Of a stretch of 58,311 nucleotides of DNA, positions 56,109 to 58,311 are shown piece after piece (within the stretch, counting starts at the first letter, position 1; the number at the start of each line of letters is the position of its first letter). The stretch is from a virus (Duplodnaviria; Caudoviricetes), in IMG/VR virus record IMGVR_UViG_3300021962_000124, positions 1 through 58,311 of that record. One strand, written 5' to 3'. The notes below the pieces were generated by a model. It was not told the DNA's origin. It made no database searches and was given only the letters and a program-made list of their open reading frames with translations. The position numbers were made by a program, and so were the translations under genes.

Positions 56109-57231
56109 GATTACCTAGTGCAGGTTTCATTAGTGGATTAGATTCTGCCAGGAACTTATTCCAAGAAGTGCTATCAGATCCTTCAAAAGGAATAGCGGTA
56201 TTCTGAGTTCCCTTAAACTTCAACCGTTTGATGCGACAATAATCATTGTAAAGAAATACAAAACGACAAACAGCAGGTTCATTTCCTTTATAGACACCAT
56301 TACCCTGAACAACATCAGATTGTTTGAGATTTCTAGCATCAGGATCAACCACACTCATAATGTCTCCATATTCAGTGAAGTAAAACTTCATCATCCCAGA
56401 AAATGAATCAACGTTGTTCTTTTTATCCACATCTTCAATATAAGAATGGAATGTTTTCAAGAAAAGAGAACCAGCAACAGTAGCATTGCCTTCAACATCT
56501 CTTGCACATTCGTGGGTAGTAAATGCTGTCAGATATTTTGTTGTATATTCTCTACCTGCCAGACGAATAGCAGTGCTCAAATATGAATGAGAAGGACAAT
56601 TAAACTTTGCCCCGTCAAGAGTTCCTGCAATACCAATACTGAACTTGGAAAGATATTGGTAGAGATTAGTTGCCCACTCTTCTTCGGCATAATATGCAGA
56701 CTTGAACTTATCATCACCACTTTGGTTAGTTCGATAGTTACAATCTGTATTGTGATCCAATGACTCAATGCGAATCATTTCCTCATAAGAGACACTCTTA
56801 CGATGCAATTTAAGAGAAACAATTACTCTTGCATTTTCATTTCTTCCGCAAGCATATCGTTTTGATGCACGATTATTTCCTTTTGTTAGAACTGCTTTTA
56901 GAGTTGGACGAAGATATGCAGAAAGAGTATCTGCAGCATCATAAGAAAACCCACCTCGTTTTTCGATGTGCTGTTTCTGATTACCATACCTAAGTTCTTC
57001 AATACGATTGTAGGTAGGATCGCTCCAAAGATCTCCAACTTTAGCAGAACAAATGACTGTAGAACCTTCAGCAATCTCTCCAGAGTTATATTTGGAAACA
57101 ATATCTTCCATAAGAGGAAGATTTTCTGGCGGGTTATCTACTGTTCCAAAACCTTGCAAGTATTCTTTGGTCTTATCATCTACCTTATCTTCGTAACACT
57201 TGCACACGCGAAGAAGTTCCTTAAATGCCAT
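56086..57231 (-). CDS. Hypothetical protein, possible ParB/Srx-like N-terminal domain
   Basis: 381 aa; VGDLWSDPTYNR and LTKGNNR resemble ParB/DGQHR-type motifs; AGGAGG ribosome-binding site. Confidence 0.7.
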   Translation of the reverse strand: MAFKELLRVCKCYEDKVDDKTKEYLQGFGTVDNPPENLPLMEDIVSKYNSGEIAEGSTVICSAKVGDLWSDPTYNRIEELRYGNQKQHIEKRGGFSYDAADTLSAYLRPTLKAVLTKGNNRASKRYACGRNENARVIVSLKLHRKSVSYEEMIRIESLDHNTDCNYRTNQSGDDKFKSAYYAEEEWATNLYQYLSKFSIGIAGTLDGAKFNCPSHSYLSTAIRLAGREYTTKYLTAFTTHECARDVEGNATVAGSLFLKTFHSYIEDVDKKNNVDSFSGMMKFYFTEYGDIMSVVDPDARNLKQSDVVQGNGVYKGNEPAVCRFVFLYNDYCRIKRLKFKGTQNTAIPFEGSDSTSWNKFLAESNPLMKPALGNLAQTKFF

Positions 57232-57268
57232 TTTTAGCCTCCTTTGTTTTTGCTAAAATTATAGTTTG

Positions 57269-57335
57269 AAAATCAACCGTTTTTATGTGTTATGGTTGAT
57301 TTTTTTAGTTTAACAACTTTGGGTAGGGATGTCAA
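57269..57335 (-). promoter_or_regulatory. Sigma70 promoter with downstream 10-bp inverted repeat
   Basis: TTGACA(57330-57335)-17 nt-TAAACT(57307-57312) with extended TG; AAAATCAACC-n15-GGTTGATTTT at 57269-57303. Confidence 0.7.
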
Positions 57336-57353
57336 GCCCTGGATCACACTTTT

Positions 57354-57464
57354 GAAAAAATCAGTGATTTCCTTGTGGTGGATGACCTGTAGGGTCTGTG
57401 ACGCAGAATTGAAGAAAAATCAGGTTTTGACCCCAGTCCACCACTGGGATCTCAGTGGGTCTCA
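57354..57464. other. ~110-bp structured intergenic element, copy B
   Basis: Aligns block for block with 50754-50860; perfect CCCAGT-ccacc-ACTGGG hairpin. Confidence 0.75.
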
Positions 57465-58311
57465 CCTGCGAACCACCGACACAGCAGGTTCGCCCTTCTC
57501 AAAGATCGTATCAACCACTGCCTGCACACTGCGGGCGGTGCTGATACCAACCTTAGAATACACAGGGATACACACAAGACCAAACGATTTGGTATATTGA
57601 CCCAGGTTGCCAGGTTGGATGCTACCATCGCGCAAACCTTTGGCATCATCGTGATGCAGACGGATGCAACGTCCGATAGTCTGACTGATACCAATGAAGT
57701 CCATATTACGCAGGAACAGCACTGCTTCCAGACCGCTCACATTGATACCCTCAGCGAGGATACTGTGGTGAAGAACAACGAACTTCTTATCGTTATCCTT
57801 ACCCCAGGCAGATAGCGTGTCGAAGAACACCTCACGATTGACCTTCTGACCATCAATAACTGCACCTGTCTTAGCAGTAATATACATCCAAGAGAAACCA
57901 CGTTGCTCTAGTTCAAAGCAGAAGTCAGTTTCAGACACCAGCGAAACGATTTGCTTGGTTGCTTTAGCACAAATCAGAATCTTACCGACCTTGTTCTCAT
58001 CAATAGTTTCCAGCAGGTTAGCAGCATCGCGGTCGAAGTTGGTCTGCTTACCCTTCACCATCTCCAGTTGCTTGACGATCACTTTAGGGGGTACAATGTA
58101 ACCACCTTCGACAAGTTCAGGAGCAGGAACTTTGCAGATGACCTGACCATAAACTGCAGCATCATTCATTCCAGGTTTGCCAACGGCAAGGGAATGTTTG
58201 GGAGTTGCAGTGAAGAAGTAGCAGCGACGTGCATTAGCAGCAAAGTGCTCAGTTGCAGGGAAAAAGTGACGCTGAACGCTGTTATGTGCCTCATCAAAGT
58301 AGATCGTATCC
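57462..58311 (-). CDS. SF2 (DEAH) helicase, ResIII-like, 5'-truncated by the window edge
   Basis: Frame is open to the window edge: YFDEAH, FTATPK, ILAEGINV, QTIGRCIR. Confidence 0.9.
   Translation of the reverse strand, partial: DTIYFDEAHNSVQRHFFPATEHFAANARRCYFFTATPKHSLAVGKPGMNDAAVYGQVICKVPAPELVEGGYIVPPKVIVKQLEMVKGKQTNFDRDAANLLETIDENKVGKILICAKATKQIVSLVSETDFCFELEQRGFSWMYITAKTGAVIDGQKVNREVFFDTLSAWGKDNDKKFVVLHHSILAEGINVSGLEAVLFLRNMDFIGISQTIGRCIRLHHDDAKGLRDGSIQPGNLGQYTKSFGLVCIPVYSKVGISTARSVQAVVDTIFEKGEPAVSVVRR

Noticed and set aside
1-58311. tRNA/rRNA genes or stop-codon reassignment
   Set aside because: No cloverleaf with a T-loop motif was found by eye in the intergenic gaps; core genes are full length under the standard code

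Overview
Segment of a T4-like myovirus genome, most similar in gene content and order to cyanophage-type T4-like phages. Essentially all genes are on the minus strand. Positions 1-43.3 kb hold the AT-rich late morphogenesis module. In window order it is gp22 (partial), gp21, gp20, gp19, gp18, gp17, gp16, gp15, gp14, gp13, a 2581-aa virion protein, gp8, a 4484-aa gp7-like protein, gp6 and gp25, with TATAAATA-type late promoters. Positions 43.3-46.9 kb contain small genes and a GT2-like glycosyltransferase. Positions 46.9-58.3 kb are an early/accessory region of many tiny ORFs. It is cut into cassette-like units by 12 same-orientation copies of a 33-bp element (coding strand AACCTGGGGCCTTSAAAGTGTCCCTATAGTATG) that starts just after the upstream stop codon and often supplies the next start codon. 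The region also has two diverged copies of a ~110-bp structured intergenic element, a divergent sigma70 promoter pair facing an AT-rich repeat tract (candidate origin or ncRNA), a repeat-bounded endonuclease-methyltransferase pair, a ligase-motif protein, a ParB-like gene and a partial SF2 helicase. No tRNA, rRNA, CRISPR array or integrase was seen. All assignments come from reading motifs and synteny by eye; no searches were run.
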